From: Tortispora ganteri
Lineage: Eukaryota
DNA: 64,000 bases
Reading direction: 5' to 3'
NCBI GenBank assembly: GCA_003707115.1
Contig: PPNB01000003.1
Coordinates: forward strand, 310,001 to 374,000
Shown here: positions 53,971 to 64,000 of the stretch, piece by piece
Numbering within the stretch: position 1 is the stretch's first letter
Layout: each line of letters begins with the position of its first letter
Position numbers and translations under genes: made by a program
The notes under the pieces: generated by a model
Database searches by the model: none
The model's input: the letters and a program-made list of their open reading frames with translations, nothing else
What the model was told of the DNA's origin: nothing

Positions 53971-54516
53971 TCAACTCTTAGAAAGCCTTTCAATATCTAA
54001 ATCAAAACTGGATCCACACCCACAACTAGACGTAGCGTACGGGTTGTGTATAGTAAACTGGCTTCCTATTAATTCAGTTGTGTAATCAACACTCGAATCC
54101 TGCAACAGCGTCAATGATCCTTCATCAATAACAATTCTTGCGCCGTCTCTATCAAATATAGTATCTTCATCGGAATCAATGTCTTTGATGCTCTCCAAGC
54201 GGAAAACGTACTGGTACCCGTGACATCCTCCGCTTTCCACTATGATCCTTAGTACAGCATCTGGTTTATTTTCATCCTTCATAATACTTTGAAGCTTCTT
54301 CGCCGCTTCATTTGTAATATTCAACATTAATGGCTTTCCATCCTCACTTTTTCTAGGGTTAATAACTTTTTGCCTGGTTAAGCTGTGTGATTCAAATGCC
54401 ATATATCGCCTTCGCTCATACTGTAGCCATACATTCGTTTGACACTCATTTGCTACAATCCTTCGAAGTAGAGATCCACCTCGAACATTTCTAAAAAATG
54501 ATCGCGACCTTAACAT
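53971..54516 (-). CDS. ISA2: A-type Fe-S assembly protein
   Basis: Presequence; VESGGCHGYQY, ELIGSQF, SSCGCGSSF. Confidence 0.93.
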   Translation of the reverse strand: MLRSRSFFRNVRGGSLLRRIVANECQTNVWLQYERRRYMAFESHSLTRQKVINPRKSEDGKPLMLNITNEAAKKLQSIMKDENKPDAVLRIIVESGGCHGYQYVFRLESIKDIDSDEDTIFDRDGARIVIDEGSLTLLQDSSVDYTTELIGSQFTIHNPYATSSCGCGSSFDLDIERLSKS

Positions 54517-55321
54517 GCTATTATTTCGTTATGTGTTCTGAGCTTGTGATTCCTGCGTATACCTCGTATAGATTTATAAATGGGTATCAGTACCTCTAAT
54601 ACCCGGATCTTCCTCACAACGAATGCTCTACTGCTATTGGTTTATACTAAGTTGGCATGCCAACAACAATTGACCAAACCCTTTTCCCGTGCCACCCTTT
54701 AACTATCTTCACAACACCACCCACTAACCAAACTGACTCCCCCCACTACCGTACTTTTACTATAGTTTCGCGATATAATAGAGTGTCTTACAATTTACCA
54801 ACTGAAATCCGGTAGTTGTGTGCTTATTTTGGTTCAGAAGTTGGTTGTTTATATCATTAATAATAGTTACTTCGGTTTTTTCGGTTGATCTTGCTAGGTT
54901 TATTTTTTCTTCGCGTCAACATCTATATTGGTTTATTCCCACCTGGACGCAATCACACCAAACCCCCCCTTTGATATTTGAGTTACATCGACTCAAATTT
55001 TTGTCATTTCGACCTATCTTATAACTTAAAGTTGCTTTACTTTGCATTGAAAGCTTATAGAGGTATTTAACTGAAGCTTCTACAGTTTTTGGTTTGATTT
55101 GGCTCCGATTAGTACGTTTTCTTTCCTGATCGACGCGTTTCACATTTGACTATTCTTATTCCGAATCGCCGCAAATTTTAGAAGTATTTCCAAATCCTAG
55201 TTTATAAGTCTTTTATTTAAGGCTATTCTACTACTTTGTTTTATTTTCAACTTATCTCCAAAATTTTTCTGACGATTGTTTACTCATTCCGCTTTATACT
55301 GGTCTAGGAATCACATTAACA

Positions 55322-56659
55322 ATGTCCGAGACTAACGTGCAATCTGCGGCAGATCCCAACCAGGATCCCAAAACAACCTTATGGATGGGCGAACTTGAAC
55401 CGTGGTATGATGAACTTTTCATTACTCAACTATGGGCCTCACTGGGTGAAGAGGTGACCGTCAAGCTAATTAGAGACAAGTTTAGTGGAGCAAACGCCGG
55501 CTACTGTTTTGTTAACTTTTCGTCACCTGAAGCCGCTTCAAAAGCGCTTTTGCTATCTGGAACAATCCCTAATGCCTCATCGAAACCCCTAAAGCTAAAC
55601 TGGGCTACTGGATCCGCTGGAACCACCGACAAACCATCTCCAGAGTATTCAATCTTCGTTGGAGACCTTGGCCCAGATACTACTGATTACATTCTTTTTT
55701 CTATATTTCAATCAAGATACCCATCCTGTAAATCTGCCAAAGTGATGCTTGATCCCGTATCAAGGATGTCACGTGGATACGGGTTTGTTCGCTTTTCCTC
55801 GCAATCAGAGATGCAACATGCTATGAATGAAATGCAAGGGTTTGTGGTTGGCTCTAGGCCTTTGCGGATATCGACTGCTACACCAAAATCCAAAACATCA
55901 AACCTTGCCGCTTCTGCTGCTACCACTACTGTCAATATGATGCCTCCTACGATGATGCCTCAAACCGGACCGGTTTATCCAATGGGGTATCCCATGGGAT
56001 ACTATAGTTCCCCGCCTCAAATCATGGCGCCGGCAGAGTCTAATAACACAACGGTATTTGTAGGCGGTCTTTCATCTCGAGTTTCGGAAGAGGAGCTGCG
56101 TTCTTTTTTTACGGGATTCGGAGAAATAATATACGTGAAGATACCCCCCGGAAAGGGCTGCGGATTTGTTCAGTTTGCTCAGCATGAATCTGCTGAGAAT
56201 GCAATTGCTCAAATGCAAGGATTCCCTATTGGAAAATCCAGAGTTAGGTTATCATGGGGAAGACCAAATAGCGGATACCAGACATACCGCAACCATGTTC
56301 CTCCGATATACCCGTCGATGGCTATGGCACCTCAACATCCGTTTTCTGCTTATGCACCTTTGAATCCACAATCAACTATAGTTCATGCTCAAATGGGTGC
56401 TGGATCACCCATGCTAGCTCCTGCTGTTGCCGAACACTCTGTTGAAGGATCATACCCTGCTCATCCTTTTACACCGCTATCGAACCAAGTTGTTGATGAA
56501 CCTAAAGATTTACCGCCAGGGGCGGTACAAGGCTCTACGGATCCTGCTGATACAATACCTGTTGCGAGAATGAATGAGATGTATCTTGCAGCGCGCGAAG
56601 GTCGCTTAGATAGACTAGATGCTGATGGCCGTGGGCAGCATGGGGTTTACGCGCAATGA
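55322..56659 (+). CDS. Three-RRM mRNA-binding protein (Nam8/Ngr1/Csx1 family)
   Basis: TLWMGEL, GYCFVNF, KLNWA, SIFVGDL, RGYGFVRF, NNTTVFVGGL, GKGCGFVQF, RLSWG. Confidence 0.93.
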   Translation: MSETNVQSAADPNQDPKTTLWMGELEPWYDELFITQLWASLGEEVTVKLIRDKFSGANAGYCFVNFSSPEAASKALLLSGTIPNASSKPLKLNWATGSAGTTDKPSPEYSIFVGDLGPDTTDYILFSIFQSRYPSCKSAKVMLDPVSRMSRGYGFVRFSSQSEMQHAMNEMQGFVVGSRPLRISTATPKSKTSNLAASAATTTVNMMPPTMMPQTGPVYPMGYPMGYYSSPPQIMAPAESNNTTVFVGGLSSRVSEEELRSFFTGFGEIIYVKIPPGKGCGFVQFAQHESAENAIAQMQGFPIGKSRVRLSWGRPNSGYQTYRNHVPPIYPSMAMAPQHPFSAYAPLNPQSTIVHAQMGAGSPMLAPAVAEHSVEGSYPAHPFTPLSNQVVDEPKDLPPGAVQGSTDPADTIPVARMNEMYLAAREGRLDRLDADGRGQHGVYAQ

Positions 56660-57160
56660 GAGGAGTCATGACTTAATGTTTAATGGACGCAGCTGTTAGA
56701 CGAGGACTATGTCTTACTTTTCTGAGCGATTCTTTGCTTTTTGAACAGTTACGAATTTGTGTACATTACTATGGAGAAAGTCACCTGGAGTTGAATTGAA
56801 TTGAGCTGACTTGAATTGAACGGAAAACTGTATTCCTTTGCACTTAGAAACAGAACTTTAGAGATTTGATTTATTGTGACCTAAGTTCTTCTTGTGTATT
56901 CTTTTTATTTTTTTTTCCAATTTATTATTATATATGTATTATACAAAGTTTATGTGATATTCAGTTATCTATTAGCTGAATGACTATATATTGTGTAGTT
57001 TATATATATGCACTCATAACATATACTCCGGACACTTTTTAACACCACTGGCATACTCCATTACATGCACCAAATCGAACCACATTTTCCTATCACCAAT
57101 ATATACTGTGCTTTTTAATACCTATATCTATACCTATAGAACAATATCTCGTCGCTATAA

Positions 57161-60100
57161 ATGTCTATACTGGCTGGTATCCGACAGTCATACAATGAGA
57201 CTGATTTAAAGCGCGCGGTTTTTAAATTGATCTTGCTTAATGAAGCCCTTATGGGAAGAAAAATCCATAAAGTGTACCAATATACCCATACCCAACCTGA
57301 AAATAACATAAATATTGATGCAGAATGCCCTAAAATTCTTTATGACATAATGAAAGACCGTATACGGCTAATCGCTTTACAACGTGATGCCAAATACAAC
57401 TCAAAGCTCATACGACGCTCATTCACTGCCTTTCTAGCTACATACCTTGAAAACTCAATTGAAGATTCTTTTGAATTGTTTACGACATGTGAAATAATGA
57501 GTAAATTTAGTCTATCTACTCGGGAAGAGTTGAATCTAATGAAATGCTCTGAGGATAGCGAGAAGCATCACCTATGTATATCTGCCTTTGCTGATTTCGT
57601 TTGCGAATGTCTAATCACAAATTCTCTTGCAACAGCTTCTTCAAATATTGTTACTTCGTTCAGATCTTACGTGTACAGGGAGCTAAAGCGAACCAATAGC
57701 AGTGCTTCGAAGCATCTTTCAACCTCTGCATCGACAGCTTATCCAGTCGAAACAGTCACAACTGAAGCGCAGGGTGACGGTATTAACTCGAACATACTGC
57801 TACTGTTTGATACTGCAAATAGTATTTTTGGTTTTGACGCTAAAGTGCATAACGAATTATCAGATATAACATCTGACAGTATATGCGCATCTTATTACTT
57901 GGACTTGAAAAACTTGCTTCTTAATGTCCGACATGGTAAGGATGATTCTACTCTTGGACGGAAAGACTTTTTTAGTGAAGATGACTTTTTAACTTGGCAA
58001 AGAAAAGAAGCGAACATTATCAGCTCAATGTTGCAGACGACTTCATTGCAATTTAAAGCTACTTCCGCTATTGCATCTTTTGAAGAACAACCGAGGCTCA
58101 ATCAGTGGAAAACGAATGACTCTAGAAGTTACAAGGCTGCTTTATTCCCCCCAAATTTGTACTCTGCTGCTTACCATATTATATACAAGTTTCTACTAAG
58201 AGACGCTGAGAAGTATTCAGAGCACCGTAAACTGGAATTCCCTTCCTGGAATTCTATCGCTATTCTGAAAATGATCCAAAATCTATGGAGAGTAAATCCA
58301 AATGTCATTTTATCGCTATCTTTGGCTGCTCTGTCGAATTTATATGCACATAATCACGATCTCAGGTATGCAATGTCGCACAGTTACAAGATTCTCATTG
58401 CTAGGTTTAACTCCTCTGTTATGTCGAGCAATAGTTGGGCTGGATTTGGCGACATAAAGACAATTACGTCTGTGGATATCCGTCAAAGTGCTATCAGTGA
58501 GATTGAGGTAACATCGCGGCTGTGTTTTGAGCACGATTTGATTGCTATACTAAACAAAGAAAGCTCACCATCGCTGGACGTATACACAGAAATAGTTGAG
58601 AAAGTTATACATGATGATCCTGCATATTCTAGTGCAGGGAATGTTGAGATAATAGTTTCAGCATTCCAAGAATCAGCGAATAAGGCAGCTGATATATATT
58701 ACGAGAAGGTTCTAAACTCATTCTCAGGGGAAGCAGAAATGAATCTAAAACGGGTTACTGACTTTGGCCATTTTATTCTAGATGAATGCAGAAATCTACA
58801 GCAAAAGCTTCCGTCTGCAATACTCAAAAATTTAAATCTGTCCAAATACGTGGGATCGAGATTGATCCGCATGTTCTCTACTGACGCCAATGCAATTTTT
58901 AAATACATAACTTCGATGGCCAAGCGAGGCCGTGTACAGCTTAACTGGGATGATTTTGAGAGGGTGAACGAAATGTGTTTGTCTTTAGAGGAAACCTACA
59001 GCAGTATGAAAAATGATGACACTTCTAATGATGACAATGCTCTACTAGAGCACGAAAAATGGTTCTTCTGTTTTGTAAGAGACCAGATATTGAATCAAGC
59101 CGAGTCTTACTCGCAGACATGGGTAAAGAGCGCAATTATGCAAGATAAATGGATAACTAACGATATTGATTCTGGTACGAGCTCTTCGATCAGAGACTCC
59201 ATGAGTCATGTTTCTAATATGCTTTCTGTGGTCGAGAAACTCAAGTGGAAATCTACATTTCTCATTGCTAAATTATACACTGCAGTTGCACGGCTCAATT
59301 CATGTGTGATTATACATTACTGCGACGAAGTGTACAATCAATTTACAACTGAGATTGACAGCTTCGTGGAAAAGGACGAGTTTAGAAGTAACAAAGTGAA
59401 TGGCTGGCTGCCAAACTCTGAGAAAGTTGTAGCAAGGAGAAATGGGTCGATTCCTTATGCGCTCTCTTGGCTTTCTTGTGTGAAACTAAATAACTTAGAT
59501 GGCGCAATTGTGATGCAAGATACGTTAGAAGCTGATATGCGGTCAGAAGAGACTTATAGCATCATTGAGGCGATAGAGCCACACGATCGAAATCTTAATA
59601 CGTTTGTTATGTCTGTCACTATAATAGCTGGTCAGAACCTACCTATAAGGGTATCGGATTTGGATAAGCGGAAGACACATTTTTCAATTAAATGTACTTA
59701 CTATGATTCTGCTAACGTTTTGAGAAGCTTCTACACAAGAATAGCACCAGATGATTCTAGCTGTCCGAGATGGAATGAGACCATTGAAATTTCTATTCGA
59801 AAGTCTACATGGCTTACTTTGGAGGTTTTAGATCGCTATAATTGCAATTATGGATCTATTGGAAAGGCATATATAGAGCTAGACCCGCGTGCATGTCTTC
59901 CACCAGCTAACAGCCAAGAAAGATGGGTCCGGCTTGATTCCATAGGCAAACTTCTTATCCGTGTCAATATGGACACCGAAAACGACGACATCAGACATTA
60001 CTTTGGTCGATCTATTCGGAGGCTACGGCGCACTCGTGACGATATTATAGCTCTTGCACTAATGAGACCGGCGAATATTATCCAACAAGTGCTCTCTCCT

Positions 60101-60970
60101 ATGACACTCAAGTCTGCTATTGGTGCTAAGAGTAAGATGGCGCCTTGGTTCAACGACGCCATGTTGAAAAAGTCGAATAACACCGTACTTTCTGCCTGGG
60201 ATAATTTGCAAGATACACAGAAGAGCAGCATTAGAAACTACATCGCAGGTACCCTTAGGAGCAACATGCGAAGTGATATGAAGGGGAAGAACGTATTTCA
60301 AGAGGCCAATGAAGAAGCAGCTGAAGCAAGCATAGAACCGCTTTTTGGGTACTTGAATAGTTTTTTCAGCGAAATATCAGCAGCTCTCACTGACGAATTA
60401 AAGGTCTCAGTAATGTTGAAGACATGGAGGATAGTACTTAGTACTATTGAAGCCCTGCTACTTCCACCATTGTCAGAACAGCCGACGTCACAAAAAGTTC
60501 TCACAGACTGTGAGATTGACACTGTGATTATGTGGCTCAGTGCGCTGAAATCATTCTTTTATAACGATGGTCACGGACCTTCGCTGGATGAGCTAAATAA
60601 CTCTAAATATAGGCAATTGGTAAGCTCGCCAGTGTATTTCGACATGAGCGTTGATGACTTAATTGAAGAAAGCCGAAAATTGGCGAAAGCGAGCTATGAA
60701 AGCATGAGGTGGAGAGCTGAAAACGGCATACCTGCGAAACTACTGAAGCAAGACTCTATTATCGGTAACATGAACTTAAAGACTATCAGAGAGATTAAAG
60801 AGTGTTTAAAGGCAGCTGATGAACTACATCCTGCCCACGAAGATACGGTTTTACGTATTCTACGCTTACGCGGTCAGCACGAATATCTGGCGATACATAT
60901 GCGACAGAAAGAACGATTAGCACAAGTTCTTGCTAATGAAGCTGAATATAAAAGCGACTTAACTTTCTGA
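57161..60970 (+). CDS. Munc13-like MHD1-C2-MHD2 protein (YOR296W/git1-like)
   Basis: WVKSAIMQD, SSSIRD, CVKLNN, C2 (PRWNET), RHYFGR..RRLRR, PLFGYLN, EALLLPPLS, LRILRLR. Confidence 0.8.
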   Translation: MSILAGIRQSYNETDLKRAVFKLILLNEALMGRKIHKVYQYTHTQPENNINIDAECPKILYDIMKDRIRLIALQRDAKYNSKLIRRSFTAFLATYLENSIEDSFELFTTCEIMSKFSLSTREELNLMKCSEDSEKHHLCISAFADFVCECLITNSLATASSNIVTSFRSYVYRELKRTNSSASKHLSTSASTAYPVETVTTEAQGDGINSNILLLFDTANSIFGFDAKVHNELSDITSDSICASYYLDLKNLLLNVRHGKDDSTLGRKDFFSEDDFLTWQRKEANIISSMLQTTSLQFKATSAIASFEEQPRLNQWKTNDSRSYKAALFPPNLYSAAYHIIYKFLLRDAEKYSEHRKLEFPSWNSIAILKMIQNLWRVNPNVILSLSLAALSNLYAHNHDLRYAMSHSYKILIARFNSSVMSSNSWAGFGDIKTITSVDIRQSAISEIEVTSRLCFEHDLIAILNKESSPSLDVYTEIVEKVIHDDPAYSSAGNVEIIVSAFQESANKAADIYYEKVLNSFSGEAEMNLKRVTDFGHFILDECRNLQQKLPSAILKNLNLSKYVGSRLIRMFSTDANAIFKYITSMAKRGRVQLNWDDFERVNEMCLSLEETYSSMKNDDTSNDDNALLEHEKWFFCFVRDQILNQAESYSQTWVKSAIMQDKWITNDIDSGTSSSIRDSMSHVSNMLSVVEKLKWKSTFLIAKLYTAVARLNSCVIIHYCDEVYNQFTTEIDSFVEKDEFRSNKVNGWLPNSEKVVARRNGSIPYALSWLSCVKLNNLDGAIVMQDTLEADMRSEETYSIIEAIEPHDRNLNTFVMSVTIIAGQNLPIRVSDLDKRKTHFSIKCTYYDSANVLRSFYTRIAPDDSSCPRWNETIEISIRKSTWLTLEVLDRYNCNYGSIGKAYIELDPRACLPPANSQERWVRLDSIGKLLIRVNMDTENDDIRHYFGRSIRRLRRTRDDIIALALMRPANIIQQVLSPMTLKSAIGAKSKMAPWFNDAMLKKSNNTVLSAWDNLQDTQKSSIRNYIAGTLRSNMRSDMKGKNVFQEANEEAAEASIEPLFGYLNSFFSEISAALTDELKVSVMLKTWRIVLSTIEALLLPPLSEQPTSQKVLTDCEIDTVIMWLSALKSFFYNDGHGPSLDELNNSKYRQLVSSPVYFDMSVDDLIEESRKLAKASYESMRWRAENGIPAKLLKQDSIIGNMNLKTIREIKECLKAADELHPAHEDTVLRILRLRGQHEYLAIHMRQKERLAQVLANEAEYKSDLTF

Positions 60971-61079
60971 TACTGTGACCAAATAAGAGAACAATATATG
61001 GTTAGGCATGGTAAATTATTGGCGTTTTTGTTAGTTTCATTGAATATGTTATTTCATTCTAAAAATCGTAGAATTATAA

Positions 61080-61517
61080 TCAGGCTTCACGAGCAGCCAT
61101 AATATCAGATTTGTCTGAACCATCTGAATAGCCGCCAAGCTCTTTATATAGTCCATTAGGATAAGACCTCTTAACAGCAGGGCGTTCCGGAGCGAAGATA
61201 GTGTAGCAGAGGCCAGTGAATCCTAATATACCAGCGACGAATATCGCAAGATCGCGGCCACCTTTCTTCATATCAACATTAGACATTTCCGGCGACCATA
61301 AATCATATAATTCAGCATTCTCAGGCATATAGTCTCCAAAGTTACGACGTAATTGAGGATCATCGTACTTGCCGTAGGGGTCTTTGAATTGTGCAGGGGT
61401 GAATTCTTCCTCAGGATAGTTTCCATTCATTTTGGGATCTGAGACAGTTGATTGACATCGCCTTATCACCAAGGGAGTAAATACGCTCCTCGATCTAATA
61501 AATTGGCTTCGAAGCAT
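61080..61517 (-). CDS. Complex I accessory subunit NDUFB8/ASHI (NIAM)
   Basis: Presequence from ATG 61517; DPKMNGNYP, QFKDPY..YDDPQLRRNFG, one TM, PAVKRSYP.GL..ELGG. Confidence 0.9.
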   Translation of the reverse strand: MLRSQFIRSRSVFTPLVIRRCQSTVSDPKMNGNYPEEEFTPAQFKDPYGKYDDPQLRRNFGDYMPENAELYDLWSPEMSNVDMKKGGRDLAIFVAGILGFTGLCYTIFAPERPAVKRSYPNGLYKELGGYSDGSDKSDIMAAREA

Positions 61518-61788
61518 TCTTTTGAATTGCCTGTAGAAGAGCAAAAATCGCTTCTTGATAAGTGGTTAATGAAATGGCCCGAAACACTTTGCAAAGCTTC
61601 TAGTTGGCTGTTAGTTGATATGACAACACAGATACTACCTAGTTACCTAAATATGTTGAACATTACCAGTTTTCGACCCCTGCAGACGATCTTTTTGTTC
61701 GTGCTTTAACCCAAAACTCGGCGTTTTCTTGAAAATTAATTACTCGTTATCTACTAGGCTCACTTAATTGTCTAAGAATTGATGGTTT

Positions 61789-64000
61789 ATGGTTTCCCTT
61801 CGCCGAAGACCTCCTGCCTCTTCCGGCGCTGACTCCCCTGCTTCAAAGAAGCGTAAATCTCACGGTTCGAACGCTGTAGCAGACAAACTCGGCTCCTCTA
61901 TTAAACAGACTCGTGAGGATACTATTCAGCAACTAAGGTCAGAATTAACAGATACATATAAACATCATGACGATCTACTAAGGCTGCTGTTCCATTTGGA
62001 TCATTTTATCACCTTAGTGGGATACGACTCTGACGTCGCCCGTTCTGACAATAGCGAAGCATTTCAACAGTATCGCGTTCCATATGATCTCTGGGATAGC
62101 GTAGCCACGGATAAATCAGGTGGTAAGTCGCGTCCTACTAGGAGGCAGCTCTTGGAGCAGAAATCCCTGTTGTTGTCAGACGTACTAGCATCTTCTTCAT
62201 CCAGCGCTACACCGACACCTAAAAGACCGCCACCAAAACCTCAGAAGAATGCGAAGGACAGAACTAAACGAAATGAGCCAGTAATTATAGATCGATCGGA
62301 GAACGATAGCGAGTTCGATTCTGATGAATCAAGCGACAAATCCATATTTGACGCACTCAAGGACGATTATGTTCCTCAATCACCCGAGCCTATACCAAAG
62401 GACAAGTTGGAAGAACTTGGTTTCAATGTTTCTGATAAAAACTTCAAATGGCCCTCTCTTTCGGTGAAATATACTATTAAAGAACCGGTTGTTTTTCACC
62501 CGATGAATATACCAGTTTCCAATTTTAACCGATCGGTGGAAGATTATCTGAATTCTTTTGTAAGTTACGAAAATGACGACGTAACACCTGAAGTACATGC
62601 TGCAAGGGTAGAGAAGGAACGTGAACTTCGTTCTCGCATAAGACATATGCAAGAAACTATATACACTAGAAAGGGCTACGACTTCTCTACTTCACATTCA
62701 AAAAAACCCTTCACTCCTCCATTAGCCCCCTCAACGCACAGAGACTACCTGAATGCTCATGCTACTCATTTTGCAAAACTAATGTTGGAGGAAAAGAGAC
62801 AACATATTGGAACCGCCAGGAAAGTCTCAAATATGATTCAAAACCACTTTAGGCGCGTACAGGGTGCTGAAGAAAGGCAACGAAAACTCGAAGAAAAACG
62901 CATTTTAAAACTGGCCAAATGGACTGCGCAGGAAGTGAAAAAGAAATGGAGATTAGCGGAGAAGGTGGTTTTGCAGAAACAGCGCAAGAAGTTGGAAGAA
63001 GAGCAAAAGGAAGCAGGTAGAGAACAATTAAAGCAAATGCTTGCTCATTCCTCTCAACTTCTCGAGGCTCAACAGGAAGCACCTTGTGAAAGTGGTACAT
63101 CTTCAGACGAACCGATGTCTGATATAAGTGAATCAGATGAATTGAACCTATCTAGCAGCGAGGAATCTGAGGAACAAGAACATGATAGTGATGATATCGA
63201 CCAGACAGATGATGGTTTGCTGACTGCAGAAGAACTGAAGCAAAAGTACAATGAAGTTCTTGATTCTGAAGAGAAAAATGTTATTGTGAATACTAGTGAT
63301 ATTGAATTACAAGTGTCTTCTGATGAAGCTGAGAGAGTAGATGTTGGTTTGAATGGGTTTTATGATGAACCGACCGTCAACTCGTCGGACAGTGAAGATG
63401 CCGACTTCTCTTCCGAAGAAAGCGATTTAGATGACGAGAATATCTCTGATTCTGATACGAGCAACTCGGGGAAGTCGCTTAGCGATGGAAACGAAAGTAA
63501 GCCTGAAAGAAACGGCGTATCAAAAGATCATGGAAGTGCATTGAGTTCATTGTATGATAATTTCTCCGAATCAGCCTCTGATTCTACTGCATCTGTAGTA
63601 GAGTCACCCTCACATTTAAATTCTGACGAAAACATATCAGATGATGATATTGAGAATGCAGAAGTCAGCGCCACGACTCCTGAACCTGAAGCAGGACAGG
63701 CGGATAGCGAAGAAGATGACTCAGGGGGACCTAAGGTGCAAGTCCCTTTTCTTTTGCGTGGAACACTCAGAAAGTACCAATATGAAGGGTTAAGATGGTT
63801 AGTTGGCCTATACAATAGCAATACTAATGGAATATTGGCAGACGAAATGGGCCTTGGCAAGACAATTCAAACTATAGCTTTAATAGCGTATTTGGCATGT
63901 TACAAGCAGATATGGGGACCTCATCTTATTGTTGTGCCAACAAGTGTTATGCTTAACTGGGAAATGGAGTTTAAAAGATTTTGCCCGGGCTTAAAAATAT
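61789..64000 (+). CDS. SWR1: Swr1 chromatin-remodelling ATPase, 5' part (runs off the window; absent from the ORF track)
   Basis: ATG 61789 in frame with [17 protein letters not shown] region, acidic tract, [53 protein letters not shown]. Confidence 0.95.
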   Translation, partial: MVSLRRRPPASSGADSPASKKRKSHGSNAVADKLGSSIKQTREDTIQQLRSELTDTYKHHDDLLRLLFHLDHFITLVGYDSDVARSDNSEAFQQYRVPYDLWDSVATDKSGGKSRPTRRQLLEQKSLLLSDVLASSSSSATPTPKRPPPKPQKNAKDRTKRNEPVIIDRSENDSEFDSDESSDKSIFDALKDDYVPQSPEPIPKDKLEELGFNVSDKNFKWPSLSVKYTIKEPVVFHPMNIPVSNFNRSVEDYLNSFVSYENDDVTPEVHAARVEKERELRSRIRHMQETIYTRKGYDFSTSHSKKPFTPPLAPSTHRDYLNAHATHFAKLMLEEKRQHIGTARKVSNMIQNHFRRVQGAEERQRKLEEKRILKLAKWTAQEVKKKWRLAEKVVLQKQRKKLEEEQKEAGREQLKQMLAHSSQLLEAQQEAPCESGTSSDEPMSDISESDELNLSSSEESEEQEHDSDDIDQTDDGLLTAEELKQKYNEVLDSEEKNVIVNTSDIELQVSSDEAERVDVGLNGFYDEPTVNSSDSEDADFSSEESDLDDENISDSDTSNSGKSLSDGNESKPERNGVSKDHGSALSSLYDNFSESASDSTASVVESPSHLNSDENISDDDIENAEVSATTPEPEAGQADSEEDDSGGPKVQVPFLLRGTLRKYQYEGLRWLVGLYNSNTNGILADEMGLGKTIQTIALIAYLACYKQIWGPHLIVVPTSVMLNWEMEFKRFCPGLKI

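Noticed and set aside
54810..55321. Possible 5'-UTR intron of the RRM gene
   Set aside because: Only weak donor and branch matches (GTACGT, CTGAC); not decidable without transcripts
56790..56822. TTGAA pentamer run after the RRM gene
   Set aside because: Short degenerate microsatellite; no spacer structure, not CRISPR-like

Overview
Gene-dense, intron-poor fungal nuclear DNA, most likely an early-diverging budding yeast. This is inferred from: standard code (CTG=Leu in the conserved HGGLTAVMK of ICL2), TACTAAC/CTAAC introns, and retention of ATP-citrate lyase, a complex I subunit, a TDG glycosylase and a delta-12 desaturase. About 35 mostly housekeeping genes are present: ATG7 (3' part), FAD2, YPQ-type transporter, SEY1, TRS130, ICL2, telomerase RT (EST2/TERT), GH76, DDHD lipase, a divergent ACL2/ACL1 pair, catalase, PIB1, TYW4-JmjC, GID8, FIG4, TTI2, GH5 exoglucanase, GSP1/Ran, TDG, ULS1-like, BOL3, ISA2, NAM8/NGR1-like, Munc13-like, NDUFB8 and SWR1 (5' part, missing from the ORF track). 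Most notable non-routine features: (1) a Ty1/copia relic at ~40.0-42.5 kb with an intact 392-codon gag, a decayed and truncated protease, a primer-binding site matching the anticodon arm of tRNA-Lys(UUU), and a second related LTR in inverted orientation; (2) a tRNA-Cys(GCA) in which the near-invariant U8, A14 and A21 are all replaced; (3) an intronic box C/D snoRNA resembling SNORD79 in GID8; (4) a TERT with intact catalytic aspartates but eroded telomerase-specific motifs; (5) complementarity between the GSP1 intron and its 3' flank. All gene names come from motif recognition by eye, not database searches.
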